64,000 nt of DNA from Octopus bimaculoides. Lineage: Eukaryota. This document shows positions 1 through 11,387 of this stretch, piece after piece. The translations under genes were made by a program, and so were the position numbers. The DNA is taken from the NCBI RefSeq assembly GCF_001194135.2, contig NC_068981.1, positions 53,077,901 through 53,141,900 on the forward strand, written 5' to 3'. Within the stretch, counting starts at the first letter, position 1, and every line of letters starts with the position of its first letter. Under the pieces are notes generated by a model, which was not told where the DNA came from, did no database searches, and was given only the letters and a program-made list of their open reading frames with translations.

Positions 1-309
1 TTGAAAGTTGGTTAGCAGCTAATAACAGGTAGGTATGTAGATGAGATATTTTTGCCTTGTTTAGTTTGTGGGCATGCTGTATGACTGATGTTTTCCTCCA
101 GTTTGTAATTTGTTTAAAAACAGAGCTTTAGTTTCAAAGATTTTCTTGTTTTTAAAATTATAAATTTGGAATATTGTTCTATCATCTTATTTTATATAAT
201 TGCATTTTGTTTAAAGAAGTGTATGTTTTGAACTTTGGTTCTGCCAATTTCCAATATTATAACATTTGTAATTGTAATATGAGAATATAAATTACTTCAT
301 GTATTATAC

Positions 310-412
310 TTGTCATTTGAGTGGTTTATTGTGTTGTCAGCTGGTCTCTGGTGGTGACTAGTTGAGTTGATAAATGAAACTGTGTTTCTTGGGTTCTGTG
401 GAGAAGTATCAC
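310..412 (-). CDS. Candidate internal coding exon of an unidentified minus-strand host gene (phase 1 in, phase 2 out; xDTSPQNPRNTVSFINSTSHHQRPADNTINHSND)
   Basis: Minus strand reads tctgtttgacgtttgcag|GT GAT ACT...AAT GAC AA|gtataa. Canonical AG/GT, TTGAC branch-like motif, 103 nt open in one frame. No homology recognised. Confidence 0.5.
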
Positions 413-538
413 CTGCAAACGTCAAACAGATTTTATTATTGCACATAAAGTCAAACTCCACCGTTCTTTTAAGGATAACAACAATAAGAATTACATACTG
501 GGAGACATATACTGTTTACAACAAGCTACTGATATGGC

Positions 539-584
539 AACATGTGGCTGGCAACATGTGGCTGGTAACATGTGGCTGGAAACA
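539..584. repeat. 14-bp tandem repeat x3 (AACATGTGGCTGGN)
   Basis: aacatgtggctggc/aacatgtggctggt/aacatgtggctgga read directly. Confidence 0.85.
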
Positions 585-635
585 ACTGGGCTATTTTTGT
601 GGCAATAGAGATTCTGATCATCTATCTGCCATCTA

Positions 636-1870
636 CAGGGGTTGGACAAATTTCAAACACATTTATCTTAATTTGGGGTAGGACCGCCTTTGGCAGTCAT
701 TACAGCTTGAATTCTATGAGGTATAGACTCGTACAAAATTTGAATTGTTTCCAAAGGAATTTTTATCTGTTCTTCAGCTAAAACAGTCTCCAGTTTTTGT
801 AGTGATGATGGTGGAGGATATCGACTCCTTACTTGTTTTTCAAAAATGCACTATAAATGTTCAATAATATTGAGATCTGGGAATTGTGGTGGCCAGATAA
901 GATTTTCAACTTCACTAGAGTGTTCCTCGTGCCATTCAGTAACAACTTTAGCTGTGTGAATTGGTGCATTAACATCCTGAAAGATTGCATTTCCCTCTGG
1001 AAACAGTTCCGCAACCATAGGATGAATTTGATCAGATAAAATGCTTAAATAGTTTTGAAGGGAAACCATTGAGCTGGCAGATTTCCAAGATATAACCCCC
1101 ACTCCAGATCATCACAGATCCTCTTCCATGTTTAACAGTTGGAAGAAGGCAGTCTGGGTCAAATGCTTCTTTTGGCTGTCTGCACACGTATACTCAGCCA
1201 GTGGTCAGAAATAAGGTAAAGAATGACTCGTCTGAGAAAATAACATTCTTCCATTGCTCTAGGGACCAATTCTGTAGGTTTTTACTCCACTCTGAATGCT
1301 TTTCAATGTTTATTTTCGAAAATAGTGGTTTTCTGATTGCAGCCCTCTCATGAAATCCAGTTTTGTGCAGCTCCCGATAAACAGCTTTTGTGGAAACTGG
1401 GTTCTCGAGGTGGTCATTAAGCTCTGCAGTAATTTTAGGAGCTGTACTTTTGTGATCGTTTCTAACAATTCACACAAGAGTCTGATGGTCCCTATCTGAA
1501 TGTTTTGGTTTTCTTCTGGAGTTTTGTTTTGATGAGGTTTTTCCTCTTTCTCAAAGGTTGTCATTACTTTTGAGACAGTACTTCTTGATACACCAAACAT
1601 TTTGGCTGTTTTTGTTACACTAGTGCCTGCCATATGAGCACCAACAATTTCACCTCTTTGAAAGTTCAATAGATCTGTCATTTTAATGAATTTTGATTAC
1701 CTTTTCCTGATGATATCTGAAACGAAACAGCAAATTTAGCAAAACATATTAAGCAACACTAATAATAAATCATAAAGCATAAAAATAAACAAGCTTTTGA
1801 CGGTTTTATAGATATTTCAAAATTATGATGCTATGATGCTAAGTGTTTCTATTATTTTGTCCAACCCCTG
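636..1870 (-). mobile_element. Tc1-family DNA transposon, full length (1235 bp), DD36E spacing (Incomer-like), transposase disrupted
   Basis: TIRs CAGGGGTTGGACAAA (636-650) and TTTGTCCAACCCCTG (1856-1870), each flanked by TA. N-terminal paired HTH MTDLLNFQRGEIVGAHMAGTSVTKTAKMFGVSRSTVSKV (from 1681). First D in VIFSDES (~1225). FQD(V)NAPIH...WPPQFPDLNIIE has 36 residues between the second catalytic position (D mutated to V, GAT>GTT) and E. Frameshifted. Confidence 0.92.
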
Positions 1871-2346
1871 TATCTTAACTATCTTCCTGGGTCATCCGAC
1901 AGTGGCAAGAATGGAGACACATCATGCAGCCATAAAGAGTATAGGCATCAAAAGCTTTTTATAGGGCACAAGAAGATTCCAAAAGATTTAATCATGCAAC
2001 TGTGGTTCAATCATGATGTATAACCAGTTACCTAGCAGTTTGGTTTCAAATCACTACTACATACTGTTTGAGCTTTACTGCTATTTTTAAGCTATACAGT
2101 TCTTTTATGTTTGCTTTCTGACTTGTTACTGAGATTCATGTATATAAATCTTTGTGTGGAACCATTTTAAGAATGGTTTTAATTATGACCTGTTATGTAT
2201 GAAATTGAGTTTTGTAGAAAAATATCTCTGCCTCTTTATGTCATAAAGTATTTGGTTAGAAATGCTTAAAACAGCTTTTTTGGTTATGCTGTTTTATGTT
2301 TATAGTCATTCAACTATTGGTACCTATTCAGAAAGAATTAACAATA

Positions 2347-2432
2347 GGATAGTTATAGCTATAGCACAGCTGTAGCAATAGCACAGCTATAGTAATAGCA
2401 CTTCTATAACAATAACACAGCTATCGCAATAG
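2347..2432. repeat. Degenerate ~18-bp minisatellite (ATAGCACAGCTATAGCA-like, ~4-5 units)
   Basis: atagcacagctgtagca/atagcacagctatagta/atagcacttctataaca/ataacacagctatcgca. Confidence 0.7.
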
Positions 2433-4038
2433 CTAAAGAATAGTAATGAGGAATTCTAAGTCCAAGCTTCTAACCAATCTAGAGTATTTTGTGGAGAGTC
2501 TCTTATAGACTACTCACCATACAGCTTAACAACACTGCTTAGTCCTTGTTCTTTATCTGAGTATATTCAGATCAGGTCACTGGTCTCACAATAAACCATG
2601 AGTCATGGTTTCTTTCTCCCTCTCCCTTAGTCTTGGGAATTTTGCAAAAAAGTCATGAGAACTGCCCCTTTTCCTATGACTAATTCACAGCAAAACAAAA
2701 AAAAATAATATCAGTGGTGCAAGATGTAAAAAGGTTGTTTAGAGGTGGAGGGGGAAGAGGTATAAAAAGTGGAATGGGAGTATTCAGTAGATGAACGCAT
2801 GACTGATTAGTATGCCTTTCAGCTGTTAATGATTATATTAGAGAACATATCTTTGTAACTTTAAATTGATGAAATATCATTTCTATGAGTTTTTGTTGAG
2901 ACTTGATCATATATTTATTAAGAGTATATTTTTATACTTCTCTGTTGTGAGCATTTTGCTACATTTTCCTGTTTAGCCCCTCCAGGTCAGCTTTGATCAA
3001 TTCCTTGGCAAAGGTATTGAAGCCAAGACCTTTCCCATCCCTTTCATAGCCATAATGTAGTGCACTATTCATACAATATACCACATATCCAATACATCCT
3101 TCTTTTCGAAGGTGATAGATGTTGGCTGCTATTTTCAGCAAGATAATCAACTATATTGAATCCTCCCTCCACTTTACTGATTATTTTGTATACAGAAGTA
3201 TTTACTTATGGAGACGGCAGGTCTAAAGTAGAGATCTCTTTTGCTAGTATTTGTAATATTTTTGTTGTCTACCATGTGTTGACCCCAAAAACGATATGGA
3301 GTGCCTGTCTATTCCTTTATATATGTTGAGGTTTGATTCAGTTTGCAATATGTTTAAAAAAGGCTTTGGGTACAATCTTATGTTAACTGTATGGCTTTTG
3401 TCTGCTCTCCTTAAAGTAAAACTTTGGATAATTACTTGTTCTTTTATGACAATGTTTACCCCAACTTATATGCAAACGTATAGCATACAATAGAAATAAT
3501 TCAAAGCAAATTAGGTAGCCTATATAAGAATGGTTGCTTGAGAAAGAATGGCTGCTTGAAAAACATGTTTATGTTGTTGACCAAAGTTCATGAAGTTCTA
3601 TTTATTTTGTGATATTTGTATAACAGAATGTCTGCAACAAATAAAATCAGAAATCCTCATGCAGGTAGTGACTGATGTTTCAAATACAACACGCCTTTCT
3701 TAACTCCTTACATACATTCTGTTTTACAAACACCAACCATGAAAGATTTTCTTCTTCTGTCTTCCTCACATGCATCTCTTCTCTCTTCATTCACTATGTT
3801 TCATTTTCATAATCTATAGAACTATTGACATATCCATTAAAAAAGCTTCCTTTATTGTTTTTAGTAGATCCAGGTACCCTTTTTCAATCAGATCTGTAAT
3901 AATAAGGTTTGGTTGTAACTCACAATTCTAATACAAGGGTATGCCAGATGTTATGTATAGACTGAACCAGATATTTTATTTGTGGCTACACTAGAAACAG
4001 TGAATACAAATACTGGTTGGGTAAAAATTTGGGCTTCA

Positions 4039-4255
4039 CTCTTTAGCATTCAGATTATTCTGTCAAATGTAATGCTTATTCATATTATTTTGTATTAATC
4101 ACAAATTATCTCATAGCTTTGAGATTTTGATGATGTGATGGTTTATTTTTCGAACAATATTGTAGAGTAGGTGTGAGAGGCCAGACCTGGCCTAGGTTGA
4201 ACATGAAACAGATGGAATATTTGAGCCGGATATGGCTGGTTTAAATGCTAAAGGT
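4039..4255. mobile_element. piggyBac-type MITE, family 1
   Basis: Ends (ttca)CTCTTTAGCATT ... AATGCTAAAGGT(ttaa): inverted termini of CCCTTTAGCATT type with a TTAA-like target. Confidence 0.7.
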
Positions 4256-4287
4256 TTAAACAATTTGTGTGGCATCTATTTTAGTGT

Positions 4288-4688
4288 ATCATCATCGTCG
4301 TTGTTTAACGTCCGCTTTCCATGCTAGCATGGGTTGGACGATTTGACTGAGGACTGGTGAAACCAGATGGCTACACCAGGCTCCAATCTGATTTGGCAGA
4401 GTTTCTACAGCTGGATGCCCTTCCTAACGCCAACCACTCAGAGAGTGTAGTGGGTGCTTTTACATGTCACCTGCACGAAGGCCAGTCAGGCGGTACTGGC
4501 AACAGCCACGCTCAAGATGCTGTATTTTATGTGCCACCTGCACAAGAACCAGTCCAGGGGCACTGGCAACGATCTCGCTCGAAAATCCTACGAAGGCCAG
4601 TCAGGCGGTACTGGCAACGACCACGCTCAAAATGGTGTATTTTATGTGCCACCCGCACAAGAGCCAGTCCAGGAGCACTGGCAACGAT
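4288..4688 (-). mobile_element. RTE LINE 3' tail copy with a tandem array of ~55-65 bp 3'UTR units
   Basis: Reverse complement of GGTTGGCGTTAGGAAGGGCATCCAGCTGTAGAAAC...CCATGCTAGCATGGAAAGCGGACGTTAAA(GAT)n, the same 3' end as the RTE at 27736-29472. A ~113-bp block is duplicated in 4455-4688. Confidence 0.85.
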
Positions 4689-4948
4689 GTGTTTGGTGGA
4701 TAAGTTGACATATTTTAGTTTGGGATTATACAAGTTGTATAAAGAAAGTCTTTGCTTAGATTAAGAATATAGTTGTAAGGGATATAGAATAGATTAGATT
4801 GTAGACATCTCAAATAATCAATATTTTTTTTTATTTCATAAAATGTTAACAATAAATTACTTTTAAACAGGTTCTTACTGCCTTAAAGATGACGACACAT
4901 TTAAAAACTCATAAATTTAAAGTCATAAATCATAAATTTAAATGAAAA

Positions 4949-5130
4949 CATCATCATCATCATCATCATCAATTAACATCTATACACCAACCATACTGAC
5001 ATGGATTGAATGGTTCAACAAGATGAAACAAGTTGGAGGGCTGCATTGTGCTCTGATGTCTACCTTGGCATGGTCTCTGCACCTAAATGCCCTTCTTAAT
5101 CCTAACCACTTTACCAATTACTCTCACCCA
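4949..5130 (-). mobile_element. Degenerate RTE 3' tail copy
   Basis: (CAT)n followed by a diverged tail ending atgcccttcttaatcctaaccacttt. Confidence 0.6.
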
Positions 5131-5304
5131 TTCATATTTAATACAAGATAACCATGTATTTCCTCTACGGCAACAAACCTGTTTCTACTCTTCTTTCATA
5201 TTTTAACCTCCCAACACCTAGCATAAAACCATTTCCCTCTTTGAGAAATGCTTACTGAATATAACAACATGAACAACTTTTGTATCAGAGATTGACTATA
5301 CTAC

Positions 5305-5460
5305 ATGATGCAAACATAGCTGTGTGGTTAAGTTCACTTTGCAACTATGTCGTTTCAGGTATGATTCTACTGTGCAACATTATGAGTAACAGCCTTACCC
5401 TTGGATTGACTCAAGCTTTATGAGTGAAATCTGGAAGATGGCAACTGTGTAGAAGGCCAC
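5305..5460 (+). mobile_element. Degenerate 5' half of the Meta/OR-type tRNA SINE
   Basis: gctgtgtggtaag...tttatgagtgaaatctggaagatggcaactg resembles the head and core of the 7821-8275 SINE. Confidence 0.45.
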
Positions 5461-5659
5461 CAAAAGAACTATTCCCATTTTAGGGTGGTAGACTTAATGT
5501 GTCATCTGGTTTAGTGTCACTACCTGTGCTCTTGAATACCTTTATCAGGACACACTCATTTGTAAGAATTTGAGTCATAAACCTGCCTCCCCCTCTCTCT
5601 TTCACTCACTCACTCTTCTGACTGAATATTTTTTAAAAAAACAGCAATAATAGAATTTG

Positions 5660-5890
5660 AGAAAAAACACACTGTAAAGTGGTTGACATTAGGAAAGGCA
5701 CTCAGTTGTAGAAATTATGCTGAAGCTGACGTTGGGACTTGTCACAGCCTTTCAAACCACTCAATCCATGCAAACACGGAAAGCAAACACTAAACTTGAT
5801 GATAGTAATGCTTCTACTGCTGCTACTGCTGGTGGTGGTGGTGGTGGTGGTGGTGATGATGATGATGATGATGATGACGATGATGACGAT
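5660..5890 (+). mobile_element. RTE 3' tail copy ending in an expanded (GGT)n(GAT)n microsatellite
   Basis: gtggttgacattaggaaaggcactcagttgtagaaa...ccatgcaaacacggaaagc, then (GGT)n(GAT)n. Confidence 0.7.
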
Positions 5891-6453
5891 ATCAAAAGTT
5901 TGAGGAAAACTTTTGCTCTTTGGTGTCTCTTAAAAATATTCTTGTTTTTTTTTTCTATTATATTCTTTCTTTTTCTTCTTTGCATATGCATGTTGACACC
6001 CAGGGGTACTTAGATAAATAAGGTTACACTTTAAATAGTTATCATAACTCTAACTGTTTTAGTTTCAACACACAATCTCAGACTTGCTAAACAAGTATAA
6101 CTACTTTTGTTAAACATTTTCAATTGATGGTTTATTTATTTTGTTTTTTACACTGAATTTACTCTTGTGAACTATATTTTCAGTATGAGATTTTTCATAA
6201 CTTTAGTGATGTATTCAAGAGGAAATGCTGTTGACCATAAATATGTAAAAAAAATAGTCATAAGATACATAGAGTAATTACTACATAGTTTGTAATTTGT
6301 AAAGTCTGCTTGAATGGAATGATTGGGTGACAAAGGAATTAGTTTCTTTACTGGACTGCTTTTTTGAAAAAAACATAAAAGAAATTTGTACAGGAATATT
6401 CAGAAATTCTTTTTATATGAATAGATGAATGGAGATGCACGCACGCACACACG

Positions 6454-6503
<50 letters not shown>

Positions 6504-6640
6504 ACTCCTAATCCCCAATTGGTTGCCCATCTAATTGATAAAGACTCATCAACTCAATACAATCATTGGTTAAGTGTTGTCCAACTCTCTTGCCTCTATA
6601 ACTACTTTCCTTATTGTGTCTCACTATACCAATTCTTCAT

Positions 6641-6852
6641 TAAACTTTTCGATACCAACCTGCCTGGTTCTACAATACATCTTTTTTCTTTTAAACTGAT
6701 TTAAATAAAAATCTTCATTCAAAATTTCATGATGATTTATGTTCCAAACACTAGGTTAACGACAATTATTTTATTAAATTATTCCTTATTTTCAAAAGTA
6801 TTTGAAACAAAGCAGAGTATTTCAATAGAAATGCAGTTACAAAAACAGTTTA
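6641..6852. mobile_element. piggyBac-type MITE, family 2 (degenerate)
   Basis: Shares gataccaa...aaaatttcatg...tatgttccaaac...cttattttc...gtatttcaa with the copy at 52333-52535; remnant TTAA-like ends. Confidence 0.55.
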
Positions 6853-6989
6853 AACATTTTGCTCAGTTCCCTTAGAATTCCTTCTGCAGAACTGTATCCA
6901 TGGAATACTTATAGAAAGTCTAATTGAACGCTAGCAGCATTCATCCTGGTTAGTCTGGAACAGTCTGCACAATTCATTGGAAGACATGA

Positions 6990-7340
6990 AACAAAATATT
7001 GAAGGTCAATCTCAAAACACTGAACCTTATGAAGGAGACGACAGAGGATCAAGATATGTGGTGCATTACTGACTTGAGAAAACCTACCCACCACAACAGA
7101 ATTAAGATCCGAAAACCAAAGTGTCATGTAAAAAGCATTGATATGAATGCTGGTACCACACAAAAAGCACCTAGTACACTCTGTGAAGTGGTTGGCATTA
7201 GGAAGGACATCCAGCCATAGAAATTAAACCAAAACAGACTATGGAATCTGGTGCAGCCCCTGACCTTGCCAGTTCCTGTCAGGCCATCCAATCCATGCCA
7301 GCATGGAAAACTGATGAATGATGATGGTGATGATGATAAT
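6990..7340 (+). mobile_element. RTE LINE ORF C-terminus plus 3' tail
   Basis: VKVNLKTLNLMKETTEDQDMWC matches the RTE terminal motif (DL..L.L...MT.DR..W), followed by the shared tail and (GAT)n. Confidence 0.7.
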
Positions 7341-7820
7341 ACCATAGGCACAAAGCCATAAATTATAAGGGAGTGGACTAAGTCAATCATATTAACACTA
7401 ATGGATGATTAGTAATTAATTTCTAGAAGAATAAAATGCAAGGTTCATCTTGGTGAGACCTGAACTCAGAATGTAAAAGAACTTTCCTGAATATAAGTCA
7501 TTTTGTCTGATGCTTTACTGATTCTATTAATCCACCATTTTCAGTACTAATCATTACAATTATAAATCCCGTTACAATATAATAAGAAAATTTTTCTGAA
7601 CAATCTTCTTATTGTCTTTAAAAGAAAGCAAGTGGTGACCCACATGTTTAAAGAATGAAAATTAGATGTCCATGTTTATGTGTAATGAAGGTTCTGAGTA
7701 CCTTTACAATATACACTATCACCACCATTACAACCACCAGCAAAAGACATCTTATGGACAGTAATATATTCAAACTTTTAGGATAGTGTATTCTTTCACG
7801 GGGAGATGTATGTTTATTAC

Positions 7821-8008
7821 CCTTTTACTCTTTTACTTGTTTCAGTCTTTTGACTGTGGCCATGCTGGAGCACCGCCTTTAGTTGAGCAAATCAACCCCA
7901 GGACTTATTCTTTGTAAGCCTAGTACTTATTCTATCGGTCCTTTTGCTGAACTGCTAAGTTAAGGTTGTCAAGCAATGTTGCGGGGACAAACACAGACAC
8001 ACAAACAT

Positions 8009-8086
<78 letters not shown>

Positions 8087-8275
8087 ATATATATATATAT
8101 ACATATATACGACGGGCTTCTTTCAGTTTCCGTCTACCAAATCCACTCACAAGGCTTTGGTCGGCCCGAGGCTATAGTAGAAGACACTTGCCCAAGGTGC
8201 CACACAGTGGGAGTGAACCAGGAACCATGTGGTTGGTAAGCAAGCTACTTACCATACAGCCACATCTACACCTAT
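7821..8275 (-). mobile_element. Full-length tRNA-derived SINE (octopus OR/MetaSINE-like) with internal (CA)n(TA)n
   Basis: Minus strand: A box GTGGCTGTATGG, B box GGTTCACTCCC, core TGGGCAAGTGTCTTCTACTATAGCCTCGGGCCGACCAAAGCCTTGTGAGTGGATTTGGTAGACGGAAACTG, tail GAAACAAGTAAAAGAGTAAAAG. Family name is from memory. Confidence 0.88.
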
Positions 8276-8555
8276 ATTTATTGACAAAGATTCTCATAAC
8301 TTTTACTGGATATTCTATTCTTTTCTTGTGTGTCTGTACTTTTTTATATTCTTTTTTATAGTGCTATCTACTCCTTCCACCAAACACACCTGACTCTTCT
8401 GAACCATAACCCCTTCCCATTTCATTCAAGTTCTCTACTCAAACACTCAGTGCTGGTACTTTGATGGTACACCATTTTTTTTTTTTTTTATTGACAGACG
8501 TATAATAAGTTTAATGTGTTAGCTAGTTTAACACCATCAACTAATTCTTGTATAC

Positions 8556-8701
8556 CAGTCATAGATAAACTATGGCCTATGGGATTTTCTGAATAACACA
8601 CTTAACAGAGAATTACCTTCAAAGTTTTTAATAGTATCGCTCATCTAATGATGAACCATGTTTCATGCAACCTGCTTCTCGAAAAAGTTTGCCCATGCCT
8701 G
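8556..8701. mobile_element. hAT-type MITE (~146 bp)
   Basis: TIRs CAGTCATAGATAAACT / AGTTTGCCCATGCCTG; imperfect 8-bp TSD TTGTATAC/TTCTATAT; homologous to 27393-27540. Confidence 0.75.
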
Positions 8702-9004
8702 TTCTATATCTTTGAAAGAATTCACTCTGTTGTAAGCATTCTGATTAGATTTCCATTTCCCTCCTCACTCACATTTATACTGCTGACATTGATCTGCAGA
8801 CGTTCTGCTTGGACATCAATTGCATAAATTTCATAAATCTGGGAAGACCTGCAAAGGTTATGACCAACCCTACTCTGACTAACACGGTATAAACTATGTC
8901 AGAGCATGAATGGTTTGAAGTGATAAAAAAAAAATCATCTATCTATAGAAAGGCAAGTGTAGGGAGATGAAACCAAATACTCGGATAGACTGAAGTTGAT
9001 ATTA

Positions 9005-9046
9005 TGTAGATTGATGTGTGTGTGTGTGTATGAGAGAGAGAGAGAA

Positions 9047-9102
<56 letters not shown>

Positions 9103-9118
9103 GGAGAGAGAGAGAGAG
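9005..9118. repeat. (TG)n(GA)n compound microsatellite, representative of many in the window (e.g. 6445-6500, 16385-16440, 24860-24950, 35105-35245, 61675-61900)
   Basis: Read directly. Confidence 0.95.
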
Positions 9119-11057
9119 CTATGTCATCACATGTTGTAATGAAGTTATTTGACAAGAGACATCTAGAAAGGAGAATTTGAGTAGAGTCCATAAATGGACA
9201 ACTTTATCAGAAATGTCTCTTGTTGGGTTGAGTTGAAGATTTTGCTGACGTCATGTACAATAACACTGCTGTCATCAAAGTTCTCAAGAATAACATACCA
9301 CTGGTGAGGGATTCATAAAAGCAAGCCTCTAGAAGCTACACTTGCACTCTAGACCAAAGTGAGCAATATAAAAAAAGTCTTACAACTGTTGATGATGGCA
9401 ACAACTGTTGCTACAAGTAAGTTGTTGAAGAACTTTCGTCAATGTCATTTGAGCAAGCACACACACACATGTGAAACAATGGGCCTCTATTTCATGACTG
9501 GAGCAGCAAATCAGTTTTGCAAAATTTTTCACAGCAATACTTCATATGTCAATGCACTGCTGAATAGAGAGGAAGAACAAAAGCAAAAATTGTAAAGTTG
9601 AGGGAAAAAAATGAAAGCAAGTTTCCAGATGGTATACTAACTCTCTACAAGCTATATCAATAAGAACTGCAAAGAATACATCTTACCTGTGCAATGTTTA
9701 AAATTGTATTTGTTTGGGATGTTTATTGATTGTTGAAATCATCTTTTGTCACATGTTTTTTTGAAAAATATGTATTATAGTAGATTTGCCAATCCTTGTA
9801 CTTGGGACACAGCTGTTATTTAACTGTGGGAAGATGAGATTATGATGTTATCAATATAGGCTACATTGTACAAAAGGGTTGATAAATGATATGTTGAACT
9901 CTGTATGCAAAACAATTTCTAACAATTGAAAATTTTCTTTAGTTGCAGAAAGGAAACTAAAACTAGCAATAGTTGTTGGTGACTCTCAAAGAAAAAGATA
10001 GGTAATTTCAAGAAATTAATAATGAATATCTTAAAGTTTATATACTTAGCAGGAAGTTTGATGTTTGCAGTGAAAGGACAACAATGAACATACTTCAGTT
10101 TAACAGACTTCATCACCATAACATATAGTCTACTCAAGCCTCCTTTTTGTTTTATTTTAGTCAGAAGGAGGACACTGCCCAGGGCTTCCTAGACTAATAC
10201 GAAGGAGGTAGGAAGGTGTCCCCAAGCTGGACACCTAACCTGAATACTACAACAGACTGAACTCTACTAAAAGGACCTAAAAAGTTTTGATTGTGGTTTG
10301 CTAAACTGGAGGAGAAATTGAGTTTGCCACTTAATTGACAAAGATTTTTACAAATCGAACTACAAATAATGTTTGCTTCATATAATTTGTATTACCAAAA
10401 AAGTAAAATAAAATGAACTAAGGGAAATAACTCAAGTGAACCAATGCATGAATTTGGATAAGTAATTTAAGAAGTAATGTACTGAATGTACAATTTGTAT
10501 TATTTGGAATAGTTCAAGTTTGGTTTTTGAGATGTTATCCTTGTGTATTAGAAGAAAATTTAATGTATTTAATAAAAGTTATTTTCAGAAAGTTAAATGG
10601 GTATCAATTCTGAAAATGTGTCTCAAAGATGTTCAGTTTGAGCATGAGTAGGAATTAGGGTGAGATCTTGGAGGGTCAAATAAGACACAATATGGAATGT
10701 TATTAAAAAAAAACCAACAACATTTTATATCATTTAAAATTCTAAATAGGAAATGAAATACATTACTTTTACTTAAATTATTTCCAGCTAAAGTATAATC
10801 TTTCAACTACTTTGATCTTAAAAGAAAAAAAAAAAAGGCATTTCACCATTTTAAGTTTTACATGAGTATAGTTTACTATGATCTGAAAAAATAAAAACAC
10901 ATTGGTTTATGTAATCTCAAGAATTAAAATGTTAGATATTTTTAGTACTTGTTTGATTTCCATTTATAAAGTCATTTACTATAGTTCTGTATTTAAGAGA
11001 TGAGGAATTATGTACATTATTTACAATTGACAGATATTTGTCCTTATCTTGTTTGTT

Positions 11058-11103
11058 AACATAATGTTTCGGCTGATATACTCTCCAGCCTTCATCAGGT
11101 GTC
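11058..11103 (-). ncRNA. Type I minimal hammerhead ribozyme motif, copy A
   Basis: Minus strand GACAC-CTGATGA-A-GGCTG gagagtatat CAGCC-GAAA-CATT-ATGTT. Core boxes and 5-bp stem II intact; probable CpG decay in stem III. Confidence 0.7.
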
Positions 11104-11344
11104 TTGGGGAAATTTCGAACCTGGGTTCTCATTCCTAAGGTATTTTTTGGTGTTAACAACTATGCCATATGCCCATGGGCATATGGCATAGTGGTTAAGA
11201 GCGCAGGCTACTAACCCCAAGATTCCGAGTTCGATTCCAGGCAGTGACCTGAATAATAACAATAATAATAATAATAATAATAATAACAACAACAACATCG
11301 AAAAATACCTTTGGAATGAGAACCCAGATTCAAAATTTCCCCAA

Positions 11345-11387
11345 GACACCTGATGAAGGCTGGAGAGTATATCAGCTGAAATGTGTT
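11345..11387 (+). ncRNA. Type I minimal hammerhead ribozyme motif, copy B (decayed)
   Basis: GACAC-CTGATGA-A-GGCTG..CAGCT-GAAA-T-GTGTT. Stem I GACAC/GTGTT pairs; stem III has a deletion. Confidence 0.62.

Noticed and set aside
2959-3150. Protein-looking ORF MIILLKIAANIYHLRKEGCIGYVVYC...
   Set aside because: No recognisable family and no convincing flanking splice sites; may be a decayed TE.
4455-4688. Repeat-spacer appearance suggestive of a CRISPR array
   Set aside because: The spacers are themselves repeated, the context is a eukaryotic LINE 3'UTR, and there are no cas genes.
6340-6385. Possible 4-nt minus-strand micro-exon (cag|TCCA|gtaaga); similar 6-nt case at ~29895 (caag|CCTACT|gtgagt)
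   Set aside because: Such short AG..GT matches are expected by chance in 64 kb and cannot be supported without reads.
11178-11250. tRNA gene call
   Set aside because: No proper acceptor stem, and it is embedded in a multi-copy element, so it is a SINE head and not a tRNA gene.
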